Assembly (NCBI GenBank): GCA_964035545.1
Contig: CAXIUT010000031.1
Coordinates: 1-21,888 of the forward strand
DNA length: 21,888 nucleotides
Source of the DNA: Bugula neritina
Lineage: Eukaryota; Animalia; Bryozoa
Direction: 5' to 3'
The position numbers and the translations under genes were made by a program. The notes below the pieces were generated by a model. The model saw nothing but the letters and a program-made list of their open reading frames with translations, was not told the origin of the DNA and searched no databases. Position 1 is the first letter of the stretch, and each line of letters starts with the position of its first letter. Below, in pieces: positions 19,981 to 21,888 of the stretch.

Positions 19981-20333
19981 AAGATATTTCTAATTAAATA
20001 AAAATTAATCAGCTCATATTAATATAACCCGAACGAAATTAGTTGGAATCGAACATAAAATAATAAAATCTATTTCATGGAAAACTGAGCTTTTCAAACC
20101 TAGTCTTCAATACAATCAAGTTAAATATAATCAAAGACCATATTCTAAGTTTTATTTAATTTTTAATTGAGAATTGACATCTATATTTATGACATTTTAA
20201 AGGATTTATTCAAGTCATTTGTTTGAATAACCTTCATATTTATCATTATTTTCTTTTGATTATTCTTTTTATAACCGTGAAGAAAGTTTTAACTAAAATA
20301 ATTCGAAGAAAAGTTAGTTTTAATTTAGATATA

Positions 20334-21008
20334 TCATTTATTTAAGTATATGCAGAAATATTACCATGATATTTACTATCTTTTCGATAGTCGAGCCCCA
20401 GCATAGTTCCAATAAACCTCAATTATTTCATTTTATAATGAGCTGATTGATAATCTTTTGAATTATTAAAAAAACTAAGATTTTTACCTATTTTTTCTTG
20501 CTTAAATCGATACATATTTCAACAAATAAAATATCTTCTTTATTGATTCATAAAGAAAAACCAGTTTCTTTGTGTTTATTTTACTTAAAGCTGTCAGGAT
20601 AAAAGCAGGTTACTTCTAAAAAACCACAATCCTTACAAAAATAGAGTTTTTTAAAAATAATTTTTCATCCTTTTTTATCGTATTATTGAATTAAAAACTC
20701 ACACTTAACTATTCTTCTTTATTTTATTCGGTCTAGCTTACTCTTAGCTTATGATTTGAGGGTTAAGGCTCATGGTTTGGATTTATATTAAAATGTATCC
20801 TGATGAAAAGTGTCAAAATACTCTAACCTGGATGCTTATCACTTGTAGTTTAGTTTGTTCTATCCTAAAATAGTGTTTTCCCTGTTTTACTTGGTTACTT
20901 TTGACAAGCAAATGAATAGATTTGGTCAATAAAATTATGAAATAAATATATTTTTGATTAATTATCAATTATTCTTTATTTTATGACATTAGAAAAATAA
21001 ATAGACAT
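20334..21008 (-). CDS. Possible hypothetical protein (~224 aa)
   Basis: ATG21008..TGA20336-20334 is open under TAR=Glu, with no motif. A shorter + strand ORF (~20350-20754) overlaps it, so the strand is uncertain. Confidence 0.4.
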
Positions 21009-21801
21009 TGTATTTCTGATGTTTTTGAAGGTAAAAAGGTAAAAACATCACAATATTATCGAGAATAACATTTTATTAGAATATTTATTAATATTAATGT
21101 CGTTATATGAATATTTCAAGATTCACTTATACTTATCGATGATATAATAATATATATAAATCTAAAAATAAAATCCAAAACAGTAGAGATTAATAAAGAT
21201 TAATTATTGATGATATTTTCTTTTGATTAAGAAAGAGATCACAAATGGACAGATATTTAGACCATATATCAAAGAAAAAAAGATATCTTAGAACACGAAA
21301 ATAAAAAATAAATTCAAGATTCTTTGTCTACAGGAATGACAATCAAAGTAAAATCACTCAAATATAATAAGCAAACTGAATACTTTTAATCCTACTGATT
21401 GATGATAGAAAATTTAACCTTCCCTTTTCCATGATAATCATATTTTAAACCTAAAAGTTGGACAGCCTAAAGTAATAAACATTTGAACAGTCGATAAACA
21501 AGTAAAAAATACTGTATCTCTCATTCCAAAATATATACTATCACTGATATGATAAGAACTTTTCACTCCAATATGATCACATAAAGTTCCAAACGGCTTG
21601 AAGTATAAAAATTAGCATTTATACACTTCATATATTTACTTTTTTAAGGAAAAATACTTGATTGTATCTAAGAAGGAGGATAAAGAAAGTATTACTGATT
21701 CTGGTCAATTTAAAGTAATCTGATGAAGATATAATTGATATGTTATGATAATAATCTATTTTAGTATTTTATTCTCAAACATTAAATATCATTAAGTTGA
21801 A

Positions 21802-21888
21802 GGGGTTGGGGTTGGGGTTGGGGTTGGGGTTGGGGTTGGGGTTGGGGTTGGGGTTGGGGTTGGGGTTGGGGTTGGGGTTGGGGTTGGG
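21802..21888 (+). repeat. Right telomere (GGGGTT)14GGG
   Basis: Perfect G4T2 array at the window end. Confidence 0.98.

Overview
AT-rich, gene-dense ciliate macronuclear DNA, most likely from a peritrich (inference from the genetic code plus a spasmin-like gene). It has (CCCCAA)n/(TTGGGG)n telomeric arrays at both ends and two more G-strand arrays inside (10731-10799, 17922-17980). The window therefore reads as one complete ~10.8-kb telomere-to-telomere minichromosome joined head-to-tail to two fragments that are capped only on the right. The supplied standard-code ORF track is mostly misleading. TAA and TAG are sense codons that fall at conserved Glu positions (FGE of a cNMP domain, RxxEL of Puf6, RESRxED of FAM184), as in NCBI table 30, and TGA is the only stop. 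Hand translation under this code gives about 21 tightly packed genes, including cNMP-binding, PX, C2H2, Puf6/PUM3, EF-hand, FAM184-like, CRIM, Pcf11-like, CSN1-like and spasmin/centrin-like proteins. Seven frame-restoring introns are all exactly 20 nt (GTA...AG) with an invariant A six bases from the 3' end. Other signals: 18 of 21 stops are TGAT, the spasmin-like gene uses no TAR codons, and the Pcf11-like gene spreads its motifs over three frames. All family calls come from motif recognition by eye, not database searches.
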